This document shows positions 21,364-30,857 of a DNA stretch of 32,000 bases, piece after piece (position 1 is the first letter of the stretch; every line of letters starts with the position of its first letter). The notes under the pieces were generated by a model. It did no database searches, was not told the DNA's origin, and worked only from the letters and a program-made list of their open reading frames with translations. The stretch spans positions 38-32,037 of the forward strand of contig CAYRLE010000025.1 of the NCBI GenBank assembly GCA_964425105.1, written 5' to 3'. Source of the DNA: an uncultured Gammaproteobacteria bacterium. Lineage in GTDB: Bacteria; Pseudomonadota; Gammaproteobacteria; SZUA-140. The translations under genes were made by a program, and so were the position numbers.

Positions 21364-21490
21364 AAAACTCTGCTAATACGAGACGCCCGAGGAAACGTCC
21401 TCGCTAAAAAAACAACAACAAGTACAGCGTGGGGCAGCGGTCACGGGCACTCACCCACGGAGCAGGCAGTACTTTCAAGAGGGCGTTATC

Positions 21491-23413
21491 ATGACTATAT
21501 TCGATCACTACCAGTCCCGTTTCGAAGAGGCCAAGGAGGAGGAGTACACACTCCAGGAATATTTGGATCTGTGCAAGAACGACCCTTCGGCCTATGCATC
21601 CGCAGCGGAACGCATGCTGCTTGCAATCGGCGAACCCGAACTGGTCGATACCCGCAAGGACGTGCGCCTGAGCCGCCTCTTTTCCAACAAGCTCATCAAG
21701 ATCTACCCGGCCTTCAAGGAATTCTATGGCATGGAGGAAACCATCGAGCAGATCGTCTCCTACTTCCGTCATGCCGCCCAGGGACTGGAGGAAAGAAAGC
21801 AGATCCTCTACCTGCTGGGACCGGTGGGCGGCGGCAAGTCTTCGCTGGCGGAAAAACTCAAGGCCCTGATGGAAAAGCAGCCCATCTACGCCATCAAAGA
21901 CTCCCCCATCAACGAATCACCGCTCAATCTTTTCTCAGCCAGCGAGGATGCCGCCATCCTGGAAGACGACTACGGCATCCCGCGCCGCTATATCAAAGGC
22001 ATCATGTCGCCCTGGGCAGTGAAGCGCCTCCATGAATTCAACGGCGACATCAGCCGTTTCAAGGTAGTCAAGCTGCGGCCCTCGATCCTCAAACAGATCG
22101 CCATCGCCAAGACCGAGCCGGGCGACGAAAACAACCAGGACATCTCCTCGCTGGTGGGCAAGGTGGACATCCGCAAGCTGGAACAGTTCTCCCAGGACGA
22201 CACCGACGCCTACTCCTACTCCGGTGGTCTGTGCCTGGCCAACCAGGGGCTGCTGGAGTTCGTGGAAATGTTCAAGGCGCCCATCAAAGTGCTGCACCCC
22301 CTGCTCACCGCCACCCAGGAGGGCAACTACATGGGCACCGAAGGGCTCTCCGCCATTCCCTTCGATGGCATCATCCTGGCCCACTCCAACGAATCGGAAT
22401 GGCTGAGCTTCAAGAACAACCGCAACAACGAGGCCTTCCTCGATCGCATCTATATCGTCAAGGTGCCCTACTGCCTGCGCGTCTCGGAAGAGGTCAAGAT
22501 CTACGAGAAACTGCTGCAGCACAGTTCCCTGTCCCAGGCCCCCTGCGCCCCCGACACCCTGACGATGATGGCCCAGTTCGCCGTGCTGTCGCGCCTCAAG
22601 GAGCCGGAAAACTCCAACATCTTCTCCAAGATGCGGGTCTATGATGGCGAGAATCTCAAGGATGTCGACCCCAAGGCCAAGTCCTATCAGGAATACCGCG
22701 ACTACGCCGGCGTCGACGAGGGCATGGCGGGACTCTCCACCCGCTTCGCCTTCAAGATCCTCTCCCGGGTCTTCAACTTCGACCACAGCGAGGTGGCCGC
22801 CAATCCCGTGCATCTGCTCTATGTGCTGGAACAGCAGATCGAACAGGAACAGTTCCCACCGGAACTGGAGGAGAAGTACCTCTCCTACATCAAGGGTTTT
22901 CTGGCACCCCACTACGTGGACTTCATCGGCAAGGAGGTGCAGACCTCCTATCTGGAATCCTATTCTGAATACGGTCAAAACATCTTCGACCGCTATGTCA
23001 CCTATGCCGACTACTGGATTCAGGACGAGGAATACCACGACCAGGATACCGGTGAGAACTTCGACCGCGCCGCCCTCAACGAGGAACTGGAGAAGATCGA
23101 AAAGCCGGCGGGCATCAGCAACCCCAAGGACTTCCGCAACGAGATCGTCAATTTCGTGCTGCGCGCCCGTGCCCAGAACGACGGCAAAAACCCGTCTTGG
23201 ACCAGCTACGAAAAGCTGCGCGAGGTGATCGAGAAGAAGATGTTCTCCAACACCGAGGACCTGCTGCCGGTGATCTCCTTCAATGCCAAGGCCTCCGCCG
23301 AAGACCAGAAGAAGCACCAGGACTTCGTGCAGCGCATGGTGGACAAGGGCTACACGGAGAAGCAGGTGCGGCTGCTCACCGAATGGTATCTGCGGGTACG
23401 CAAGTCCTCCTGA
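21491..23413 (+). CDS. prkA: PrkA/YeaG family serine protein kinase (AAA-type P-loop N-domain)
   Basis: 640-aa ORF. Walker A GPVGGGKSS and conserved PrkA blocks (CLANQGLLEFVEMFKAPIKVLHPLLTATQEGNY, ILAHSNESEW). SD AGAGGG lies 8 nt upstream. Confidence 0.92.
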   Translation: MTIFDHYQSRFEEAKEEEYTLQEYLDLCKNDPSAYASAAERMLLAIGEPELVDTRKDVRLSRLFSNKLIKIYPAFKEFYGMEETIEQIVSYFRHAAQGLEERKQILYLLGPVGGGKSSLAEKLKALMEKQPIYAIKDSPINESPLNLFSASEDAAILEDDYGIPRRYIKGIMSPWAVKRLHEFNGDISRFKVVKLRPSILKQIAIAKTEPGDENNQDISSLVGKVDIRKLEQFSQDDTDAYSYSGGLCLANQGLLEFVEMFKAPIKVLHPLLTATQEGNYMGTEGLSAIPFDGIILAHSNESEWLSFKNNRNNEAFLDRIYIVKVPYCLRVSEEVKIYEKLLQHSSLSQAPCAPDTLTMMAQFAVLSRLKEPENSNIFSKMRVYDGENLKDVDPKAKSYQEYRDYAGVDEGMAGLSTRFAFKILSRVFNFDHSEVAANPVHLLYVLEQQIEQEQFPPELEEKYLSYIKGFLAPHYVDFIGKEVQTSYLESYSEYGQNIFDRYVTYADYWIQDEEYHDQDTGENFDRAALNEELEKIEKPAGISNPKDFRNEIVNFVLRARAQNDGKNPSWTSYEKLREVIEKKMFSNTEDLLPVISFNAKASAEDQKKHQDFVQRMVDKGYTEKQVRLLTEWYLRVRKSS

Positions 23414-23428
23414 CGATGGCACAGTGAC

Positions 23429-24700
23429 GTGAACCGCATCGTCGACAGAAGGCTCAACGGCAAGAACAAGAGCGCCGTCAACCGCCAGCGCTTCATCCGC
23501 CGTTTCAAGGCCCAGATCAAAAAGGCAGTGGCCGATTCCATCTCGGAGCGCAGCATCACCGACATCGACAGTGGCGAGCAGATCAATATTCCCGCGCGCG
23601 ACATCTCGGAACCGGCCTTCCGCCATGGTGCAGGCGGAGAAAAGGAACACATTCACCCCGGCAACACCGACTTCATCGCCGGCGACAAGATCAAGCGCCC
23701 ACCCAGTGGTGGGGGCGGCTCGGGCGGCCAGGCCAGCAACAGCGGCGAAGGCGAGGATGACTTCGTCTTCAATCTGTCACGCGAGGAATTCTTGGAATTC
23801 TTCTTCGAGGACCTGGCCCTGCCCGACCTGGTCAAGACCCAACTGGCCACCAACGTGGAGTTTCAGAAGGTGCGCGCCGGCTACAGCCGCGACGGCGTCC
23901 CTACCAACATCAATGTGGTGCGCTCGCTGCGCGGCGCCCTGGCACGGCGCATCGCCCTGCGCGGCCCCCATCTCGGCCGCCTGCGGGAGGCGCAGGAGGA
24001 ACTGGACGCACTGCTCAGGGAGGGCCGCGATGACGAGGCCGCCCACAGCCGCGCTGCCATGCTCGAAGAAGAGATCCGCGAGTTGCGGCGCCGCATCAAG
24101 GCTGTACCCTTCATCGACACCTTCGACCTGCGCTACAACAACAGGATCAACATCCCCAAGCCCACGGCCCAGGCGGTGATGTTCTGCCTGATGGACGTCT
24201 CGGGCTCCATGGACGAGGAACGCAAGGACATCGCCAAGCGCTTCTTCATCCTGCTCTATCTGTTCCTGACCCGCAGCTATGAACGCATCGATGTGGTCTA
24301 CATTCGCCATCACACCACCGCCAAGGAAGTGGACGAGGACGAATTCTTCCATTCCCGGGAAACCGGGGGCACCGTGGTGTCCAGCGCCCTGGACCTGATG
24401 CACGATGTCATCCGCGAACGCTATCCCACCGGCGACTGGAACATCTATGCCGCCCAGGCCTCGGACGGCGACAACTGGAACGACGACTCCCCCAAGTGCC
24501 GCGAGTTGCTTGCTGAAAAGATCATGCCGCTGCTGCAGTACTATGCCTATGTGGAGATCACCCCCGATGAGCACCAGCGCCTGTGGCATGAATATCTGAC
24601 CGTCAAACAGCAGTGCCGCAACTTCGCCATGCAGCGCATCGACGGCCTGGAGGACATCTACCCAGTATTCCGCAAACTATTCCGGAAGAAAGAGGCATGA
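23429..24700 (+). CDS. yeaH: YeaH/YhbH family protein (DUF444, vWA-like MIDAS motif)
   Basis: 423-aa ORF from GTG 23429. The N-terminus [28 protein letters not shown] matches the YeaH family N-terminus. A Gly-rich loop and DVSGSMDE are present. Confidence 0.88.
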   Translation: MNRIVDRRLNGKNKSAVNRQRFIRRFKAQIKKAVADSISERSITDIDSGEQINIPARDISEPAFRHGAGGEKEHIHPGNTDFIAGDKIKRPPSGGGGSGGQASNSGEGEDDFVFNLSREEFLEFFFEDLALPDLVKTQLATNVEFQKVRAGYSRDGVPTNINVVRSLRGALARRIALRGPHLGRLREAQEELDALLREGRDDEAAHSRAAMLEEEIRELRRRIKAVPFIDTFDLRYNNRINIPKPTAQAVMFCLMDVSGSMDEERKDIAKRFFILLYLFLTRSYERIDVVYIRHHTTAKEVDEDEFFHSRETGGTVVSSALDLMHDVIRERYPTGDWNIYAAQASDGDNWNDDSPKCRELLAEKIMPLLQYYAYVEITPDEHQRLWHEYLTVKQQCRNFAMQRIDGLEDIYPVFRKLFRKKEA

Positions 24701-26196
24701 AGAAACAACACATCTCCGACAGCTCGGAGTGGACCTTCGAACTGATCGAACGCTACGATGCAGAGATCGCCCGCGTCGCTGCCGGTTTCGGCCTCGACAC
24801 CTACCCCAACCAGATCGAGGTCATCAGTTCCGAGCAGATGATGGATGCCTATTCCTCGGTGGGCATGCCGGTGGGCTACCACCACTGGTCCTATGGCAAA
24901 CAATTCCTGGGGGTAGAGCAGCGCTACAAACGCGGTCAGATGGGGCTGGCCTATGAGATCGTCATCAACTCCAACCCCTGCATCGCCTATCTCATGGAGG
25001 AAAATACCATGATGATGCAGGCCCTGGTGCTGGCCCATGCCGCCTACGGCCATAACTCCTTCTTCAAGAACAACTATCTGTTCCGCACCTGGACCAATGC
25101 CGACGCCATCATCGACTACCTGATCTTCGCCAGAAACTATGTCGCCGACTGCGAGCAGCGCTATGGCGAGGAAGCGGTGGAACTGATGCTCGACTCCTGC
25201 CATGCCCTGATGAACTACGGGGTGGACCGCTATAAGCGCCCACCACGGCTGTCGGCCCGTGAGGAACAGGCTCGCCAGAAGGAACGTGAGTCCTATTTGC
25301 AGTCGCAGGTCAATGACCTGTGGCGCACCATCCCCTTCCGTGAGAAGAGCCGGGACGACAGGGCGGCACAGCGCTTACCCGCCGAGCCCCAGGAAAACCT
25401 GCTCTATTTCATCGAAAAAAACGCCCCGCTGCTGGAACCCTGGCAGCGCGAGATCGTGCGCATCGTGCGCAAGATCGCCCAGTATTTCTATCCCCAGCGT
25501 CAGACCCAGGTCATGAACGAGGGCTGGGCCACCTTCTGGCACTACACCATTCTCAACCGACTCTATGACGAAGGACTGGTGAGCGACGGCTTCATGATGG
25601 AGTTTCTCCAGGCCCACACCAACGTCATCTACCAGCCCCCCTTCGACAGTGAATATTACAGCGGCATCAATCCCTATGCCCTGGGCTTTGCCATGATGAG
25701 CGATATCCGGCGTATCTGCGAACGGCCCGACGAAGAAGACCGCAGCTGGTTCCCCGACATCGCCGGCAGCGACTGGTGCCAGACCCTAGATTTCGCCATG
25801 CGCAACTTCAAGGATGAAAGCTTCATCGCCCAGTATCTGTCGCCGCGACTGATCCGCGAATTGCGCCTGTTCGCGGTATTGGACGACGACCGCAAGCGCA
25901 AGCTGGAGGTCACCGCCATCCATGACGACGCCGGCTACCGCTATATCCGCCAGGCGCTGGCGGATCAATACAATCTGGGCAGCAACGAACCCAATATCCA
26001 GGTCCATGAGGTCAATATCCGCGGCGACCGCTCCCTCACCCTGCGCCACAGTCAGTACCACCGCCGCCCCCTGCACAAGACAGCCGACGAGGTGCTGAAA
26101 CACATGGCTCGGTTGTGGGGATTCACGGTGCGCCTGGAGAGTATCGACCAGGAAGGCAGGGTGCAGCGCAGCTACGAATGCGTGGTGGAACGGTGA
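24697..26196 (+). CDS. SpoVR/YcgB family protein
   Basis: Start at ATG 24697 ([20 protein letters not shown]), in ATGA overlap with the yeaH stop. SpoVR-type blocks: [32 protein letters not shown] and NEGWATFWH. Confidence 0.9.
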   Translation: MKKQHISDSSEWTFELIERYDAEIARVAAGFGLDTYPNQIEVISSEQMMDAYSSVGMPVGYHHWSYGKQFLGVEQRYKRGQMGLAYEIVINSNPCIAYLMEENTMMMQALVLAHAAYGHNSFFKNNYLFRTWTNADAIIDYLIFARNYVADCEQRYGEEAVELMLDSCHALMNYGVDRYKRPPRLSAREEQARQKERESYLQSQVNDLWRTIPFREKSRDDRAAQRLPAEPQENLLYFIEKNAPLLEPWQREIVRIVRKIAQYFYPQRQTQVMNEGWATFWHYTILNRLYDEGLVSDGFMMEFLQAHTNVIYQPPFDSEYYSGINPYALGFAMMSDIRRICERPDEEDRSWFPDIAGSDWCQTLDFAMRNFKDESFIAQYLSPRLIRELRLFAVLDDDRKRKLEVTAIHDDAGYRYIRQALADQYNLGSNEPNIQVHEVNIRGDRSLTLRHSQYHRRPLHKTADEVLKHMARLWGFTVRLESIDQEGRVQRSYECVVER

Positions 26197-26202
26197 GCCC
26201 CG

Positions 26203-26439
26203 CTACAGGGAGAAGACGGCTTCCTTATGGTGGCTGTAGCACTTGGGGCAGATATGCTTGTTTTTCGAGGTAACGATCCAGCCATGTTCCGCGATTTCCT
26301 CCGGCCCGCCCTCCACCCAGGCACAGTGATCGCCGGCACGGCGCCCACTCTGTCCGTCACGCGGCTTGCTGCGCCGGTCCAGTTGCTGAACACAGTGCGG
26401 ATTACAGACATCGCAAAAGGTAAAGGTTCTCGTCGTCAT
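26203..26439 (-). CDS. Small Cys-rich hypothetical protein (putative zinc ribbon)
   Basis: 78 aa from ATG 26439 (MTTRTFTFCDVCNPHC ... HICPKCY). It has paired CxxC motifs about 55 aa apart and acceptable GC3 codon usage. The competing + strand ORF 26227-26565 looks non-protein-like. No SD was checked or found convincingly. Confidence 0.45.
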   Translation of the reverse strand: MTTRTFTFCDVCNPHCVQQLDRRSKPRDGQSGRRAGDHCAWVEGGPEEIAEHGWIVTSKNKHICPKCYSHHKEAVFSL

Positions 26440-26561
26440 CGGTATTCGACCCCCCACACTATTTATCGTCAGTTTCATGGATTGTCTGAACATCACGGCG
26501 TGCTGCGACGTGGTGGCGCGGCGATCCCCAGATTTTTCTACTATTCAATCTGCCGCAAGAG

Positions 26562-27110
26562 GTGATGATGAACGCCATCGACAAAATGGTCCAGCTGGCC
26601 CGCCTGGACGAGGTCTTCCAGGAAAATATCGACAATTGCAGCAAGGAACAGCTGGCCGATTGCGCCCGCCTGCTGGCCATCAATCTCGCCCGCTACCGCC
26701 ACAGGTTTGGCCGCCTGCCCACCCCGGAGACCGGCAGGCTGCTCAATAGCGACAATATGGATCCGCAGACGACGTCTCTGTTTGCCGACGGCATGCTGCA
26801 GTGCACGCTGGCCCTGGCCCAGGCCATGGGACGCAAGGATGTCATCGATGAAATCCGGGAGATCGTGGAATTCAACACGGATTCCCCCCTGGACATGGAC
26901 ACCATGGTGGAGAGCTATCAGGGCAATCCTCATTTCGGCAGCGACCGCCTGTTCTATCACTCCGCACTGGCGGGCAAGGATGATGGCTGGTATTTCACGG
27001 TACGCGGCGGAGAAGTCCACGGCCCCTTCCCCGACAAGGCAGCGGCTCACCAGGCCCTCGATGAGTTGGTGAGCGAATTCCAGGCCAAGGGAGAGACCGG
27101 GGATCGGTGA
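26562..27110 (+). CDS. Hypothetical protein
   Basis: 182-aa ORF with high GC3 and an AGAGGTG SD just upstream of the triple ATG. The C-terminal segment DDGWYFTVRGGEVHGPFPDKAAAHQALDELV resembles a small conserved fold seen in proteobacterial hypotheticals. No family was confidently recognised. Confidence 0.6.
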   Translation: MMMNAIDKMVQLARLDEVFQENIDNCSKEQLADCARLLAINLARYRHRFGRLPTPETGRLLNSDNMDPQTTSLFADGMLQCTLALAQAMGRKDVIDEIREIVEFNTDSPLDMDTMVESYQGNPHFGSDRLFYHSALAGKDDGWYFTVRGGEVHGPFPDKAAAHQALDELVSEFQAKGETGDR

Positions 27111-27194
27111 CAACCGCCACTTGCAGTGCTTTTCACCGGCGCCCCGACGATCGGTTATACTGGCATCTCTAGCGCACCCGCAGAGGACCTGCCC

Positions 27195-27593
27195 ATGCCA
27201 GCAGACATCGATCCCATCCCAGGACAGTGGTATCAGCCCCTGGACAAAGGCCAGGAGTTTCAGGTCGTGGCCGTGGACGAGGCCAGCGGCGTCATCGAAA
27301 TGCAGCACTATGACGGCGACGTGGAAGAACTGGGCATGGATGAGTGGCGCCAGCTGGAGGTGGAGCCCGTGGAGCCCCCCGAAGACTGGACCGGACCCAT
27401 GGACCGCATCGAGCCCGATGAACTGGGGCTGTCTGACGATGCCATGAGTGAGCAGGACTGGAGCGAACCCCTGCAGGAAATCAGAAACGAGCCGCCCCTG
27501 CCGATACCCAGCACTGAGACAGAAGAGCAGGAGGAAGGCGACGACGAATGGGGTGAGGGCCGCCTGGAAGAGGAACTGCGCCCCATCGACTAG
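27195..27593 (+). CDS. Acidic hypothetical protein
   Basis: Start chosen at ATG 27195, with AGAGGA 7 nt upstream. 132 aa, very Asp/Glu-rich: MPADIDPIPGQWYQPLDKGQEFQVVAVDE...EPPEDWTGPMD. High GC3. Confidence 0.6.
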   Translation: MPADIDPIPGQWYQPLDKGQEFQVVAVDEASGVIEMQHYDGDVEELGMDEWRQLEVEPVEPPEDWTGPMDRIEPDELGLSDDAMSEQDWSEPLQEIRNEPPLPIPSTETEEQEEGDDEWGEGRLEEELRPID

Positions 27594-30500
27594 GGCCCGT
27601 TGTCCAACTCCAGCAGCTCTGCATTGCCCCCCAGCGCCGCCGTATTCACTGCTCTACTCTGCTCGCTGGCGAAGCGCAACAGGTAGTGGGGACCGCCCGC
27701 CTTGGGACCGGTGCCGGAAAGCCCCTCGCCGCCAAAGGGCTGCACGCCCACCACCGCCCCGATCATATTCCTGTTGACATAGACATTGCCGGCCCGCACC
27801 CGCGCGCAGATGTGGTTCGCAGTCTCATCGATGCGGCTGTGAATGCCCAGGGTCAGGCCGTAGCTTGTGCCGTTGACGGCATCAATCACCGCATCCAGGT
27901 GCCCGGCCCCATAGCGGATCACATGGAGAACGGGGCCGAACACCTCGCCCCGCAGCTGCCCGAGGCTGTCGATCTCATAGGCCCGCGGGGCGAAGAAACA
28001 GCCTGACGTCGCCGCCTTCGGCAAGGGCGCCTCCCCGATCAGGCGCCCCTCCCGCGCCATGCGCGCCACATGGCTGTCGAGGGCGCGGCGCGCCTGCTCG
28101 TCGATCAAGGGCCCCACGTCACTGGCCAGCAGGGCCGGATCCCCCACCCGCAACTCTGCCAGGGCGCCAGCCAACAACTCCAGCACCCGCGGCGCGATCT
28201 CATCCTGCAGGAACAACACCCGCAGGGCGGAACAACGCTGGCCGGCGCTGTTGAAGGCGGACTGCAGGACATCCGTCACCACCTGTTCGGGAAGGGCCGA
28301 ACTGTCCACGATCATGCAATTCTGGCCCCCGGTCTCGGCGATGAGGGCGGCGATGGGCGCCGCGCGCGCGGCCAGGGCGCGGTTGATATGCCAGGCCGTT
28401 TCCGTGGAACCGGTGAAGGCGACACCGGCCAGGCGCCCATCCGCCACCAGCCGGGCGCCCACAGTGGCGCCGCCGCCCGGCAACAGCTGCAGCACCTCGC
28501 CGGGCACCCCCGCCTCGTGGAACAAGGCCACGGCGTGCGCCGCCACCAGGGGCGTCTGGTGGGCGGGCTTGGCGAGCACGGTATTGCCGGCCGCCAGGGC
28601 GGCCGCCACCTGGCCGCTAAAAATGGCCAGGGGAAAATTCCAGGGACTGATGCAGGCGAACACGCCGCGCCCGCGCATCGTCAGGCGGTTGTCCTCACCC
28701 GCCGGCCCCGGCAGCACCACGGGGCGGGCGAACTGGCAGCGCGCCAGGCCGGCATAATAACGGCAGTAATCCACCGCCTCGCGCAGTTCCGCTACGGCAT
28801 CGGGCACGGTGCGCCCCCCCTCGCGCACGCACAGCGCCATCAGGGCGGCGCCGCGGACCTCCATGAGATCGGCAGCCCGTTCCAGGCAGGCGGCCCGCTC
28901 CTCGGCCGCAGTGGCGCACCACTGGGGAAAGGCCTCCAGGGCCACCGCCAGGGCCTGCTCCACCAGGGCCTCGTCCGCCTCCTCCACCATGCCGACGATG
29001 CGCTCCCGGCAGGCAGGATCGCGGATCTCCCGGGCCGCGCCGCCCAGGGCGGCCCCCGCCACCAGGGGGCGGGCATGCCAGGGTGCCTCCAGGGCGGCCG
29101 CCATCTCCCGACCCAGCGCCTCCAGTGCCGTCCTGTCGTGGAGATTGCGACCCCGTGAATTGCGCCGTTCGCTGCCATAGAGATCCGCCGGCAGGGGAAT
29201 GTGCGGATGGGGAATCAGCGCCAGCCCCCTGATGCGCTCCACGGGATCTTTGATGATCTCCGCCACCGGCACGGCCTCATCGACGATGCGGTTCACAAAA
29301 GAGGTGTTGGCGCCGTTTTCCAGCAGGCGCCGCACCAGATAGGGCAGCAGCACTTCATAACCACCCACCGGCGCATAGACGCGACAGGGGATGGATTGGG
29401 CCTCCGGCATCTCGGCGAGGGTCTCGTAGAGCGCTTCCCCCATGCCATGGAGGCGCTGAAACTCGTAGCGCCGCCCGCTGCCTGCCATCTCCAGCAGCCA
29501 TGCCACGGTGTGGGCATTGTGGGTGGCGAACTGGGGATAGAAGGCCTCCCCCAGATCGAGGACGCGGCGGGCACAAGCGAGATAGGAGACGTCGGTGGCC
29601 GCCTTGCGGGTAAACACCGGATAGCCGTCCAGGCCTCGCTCCTGGGCACGCTTGATCTCGGCATCCCAGTAGGCCCCCTTCACCAGGCGCAGAGGGATGC
29701 GGCGACGCCGTTGCGCTGCCAACCGTGCCAGCCACTCAATCACCGGCAGGGCGCGCTTCTGATAGGCCTGCACCGCCAGCCCCAGCCCCTCCCAACTCGC
29801 CAGTTCCTCGCGGCCATGGACGAACTCGAACAGGTCCAGCGTGATATCCAGGCGCTCCGCCTCCTCGGCATCGATGGTAAGACCGATGCCCGCCTCCTGC
29901 GCCAGACGCGCCAGGGTCAAGAGTCGCGGCGCCAGTTCCTCCATGAGGCGCTGGTGCTGGAAGGATTCAAAACGGGGATGGAGGGCGGACAGCTTCACCG
30001 AGACGCCCGGTGCGGCAAAGACATCCTCCCCGCCCTGCCCTGCCAAGGCCTCTATGGCCCGGACATAGGACTGAAAATAGCGCTCGGCATCCGCCATGGT
30101 GAGGGCCGCCTCCCCCAGCATGTCGAAGGAATAGCGCCAGCGACGGTTGTCCGCCTCGCGGCTGCGCGCCAGCGCCTCCTCCATGGTGCGCCCCATGACG
30201 AACTGATGGGCAATGATGCGCATGGCCTGGCGCAGTGCCATGCGAATGAAGGGCTCGCCGCTGCGTGCGGCCAGGCGGCCGAGCAAGGCCAGGGGATCCT
30301 TGCGGGCGCCCTCCTCCAACTCCACCATGCGCCCGGTCAGCATCAGCCCCCAGGTGCCGGCATTCACCAGCAGGGGGCGGCCATGTCCCAGGTGGCGGCG
30401 CCAGTCGCCGTGGGTCAATTTGTCGCGGATCAGGCGGTCGGCGGTGGCGCTGTCGGGAATGCGCAGCAGGGCCTCCGCCAGGCACATCAGCACCACGCCT

Positions 30501-30742
30501 TCCTCAGAGGACAGGTCGTACTCGTGCATGAAGCCATCCAGCCCGCCCCGCGCCAGGCGCCTGGCGCGCACTGCCTCCACCAGTTGCCCGGCACGTTGCG
30601 CCACGCGCCCTTTGGCACCGGCATCGAGTTCGGCAAGCGGCAGCAGACGCTGGATGGTCGCTGCCTCGTCCGCCAGCCAGGCAGCGCTGATGTCCTCGCG
30701 CAGGGGCGGATGCCCGCCACTGGCGGTGCTGGAGAAGATCAT
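27590..30742 (-). CDS. putA: Bifunctional proline dehydrogenase / L-glutamate gamma-semialdehyde (P5C) dehydrogenase; short form without an N-terminal DNA-binding domain
   Basis: About 1050 aa. The N-terminal half is a PRODH barrel. The C-terminal half is an ALDH domain (FTGSTETA, ETGGQNCMIVD, catalytic GQRCSALR). Start preferred at ATG 30742 (AAGGGG SD 9 nt upstream) rather than ATG 30760. Confidence 0.92.
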   Translation of the reverse strand: MIFSSTASGGHPPLREDISAAWLADEAATIQRLLPLAELDAGAKGRVAQRAGQLVEAVRARRLARGGLDGFMHEYDLSSEEGVVLMCLAEALLRIPDSATADRLIRDKLTHGDWRRHLGHGRPLLVNAGTWGLMLTGRMVELEEGARKDPLALLGRLAARSGEPFIRMALRQAMRIIAHQFVMGRTMEEALARSREADNRRWRYSFDMLGEAALTMADAERYFQSYVRAIEALAGQGGEDVFAAPGVSVKLSALHPRFESFQHQRLMEELAPRLLTLARLAQEAGIGLTIDAEEAERLDITLDLFEFVHGREELASWEGLGLAVQAYQKRALPVIEWLARLAAQRRRRIPLRLVKGAYWDAEIKRAQERGLDGYPVFTRKAATDVSYLACARRVLDLGEAFYPQFATHNAHTVAWLLEMAGSGRRYEFQRLHGMGEALYETLAEMPEAQSIPCRVYAPVGGYEVLLPYLVRRLLENGANTSFVNRIVDEAVPVAEIIKDPVERIRGLALIPHPHIPLPADLYGSERRNSRGRNLHDRTALEALGREMAAALEAPWHARPLVAGAALGGAAREIRDPACRERIVGMVEEADEALVEQALAVALEAFPQWCATAAEERAACLERAADLMEVRGAALMALCVREGGRTVPDAVAELREAVDYCRYYAGLARCQFARPVVLPGPAGEDNRLTMRGRGVFACISPWNFPLAIFSGQVAAALAAGNTVLAKPAHQTPLVAAHAVALFHEAGVPGEVLQLLPGGGATVGARLVADGRLAGVAFTGSTETAWHINRALAARAAPIAALIAETGGQNCMIVDSSALPEQVVTDVLQSAFNSAGQRCSALRVLFLQDEIAPRVLELLAGALAELRVGDPALLASDVGPLIDEQARRALDSHVARMAREGRLIGEAPLPKAATSGCFFAPRAYEIDSLGQLRGEVFGPVLHVIRYGAGHLDAVIDAVNGTSYGLTLGIHSRIDETANHICARVRAGNVYVNRNMIGAVVGVQPFGGEGLSGTGPKAGGPHYLLRFASEQSRAVNTAALGGNAELLELDNGP

Positions 30743-30766
30743 CGCATCCGGCCCCTTCATGGGCCG

Positions 30767-30772
30767 ATTATA
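30767..30772 (-). promoter_or_regulatory. Possible -10 box (TATAAT on the minus strand) for putA
   Basis: Perfect TATAAT 25 nt upstream of the preferred putA start, but with a weak -35. Confidence 0.3.
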
Positions 30773-30811
30773 ACCAGCCTGATGGTGGATTACGCCACAC
30801 GCTAGAGCCTC

Positions 30812-30830
30812 TGGTGGGCGGTGCCCACCA
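30812..30830. terminator. GC-rich hairpin downstream of the beta-propeller gene; weak terminator candidate
   Basis: TGGTGGGC-ggt-GCCCACCA, an 8-bp stem. No U-tract follows it on the minus strand; the T-run lies 5' of the stem. Confidence 0.3.
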
Positions 30831-30857
30831 AATAACCCTCTGTCCTCAAGAAGACTC

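Noticed and set aside
21207-21407. 66-aa ORF in the TPR-prkA intergenic region, and the 122-aa minus-strand ORF at 21404-21772.
   Set aside because: The first has no SD, a basic low-complexity translation, and overlaps the sigma-54 promoter. The second overlaps the prkA 5' end in antisense.
26227-26565. 112-aa + strand ORF overlapping the zinc-ribbon ORF.
   Set aside because: The translation is Arg/Gly-rich with no motifs and has poor codon periodicity. The minus-strand ORF with paired CxxC motifs is the more plausible reading, though still uncertain.
27129-27161. TTGCAG ... TATACT as a sigma-70 promoter for the acidic protein gene.
   Set aside because: The spacer is 29 nt. The alternative TTCACC-N18-TATACT is only a weak match, so no promoter was called.
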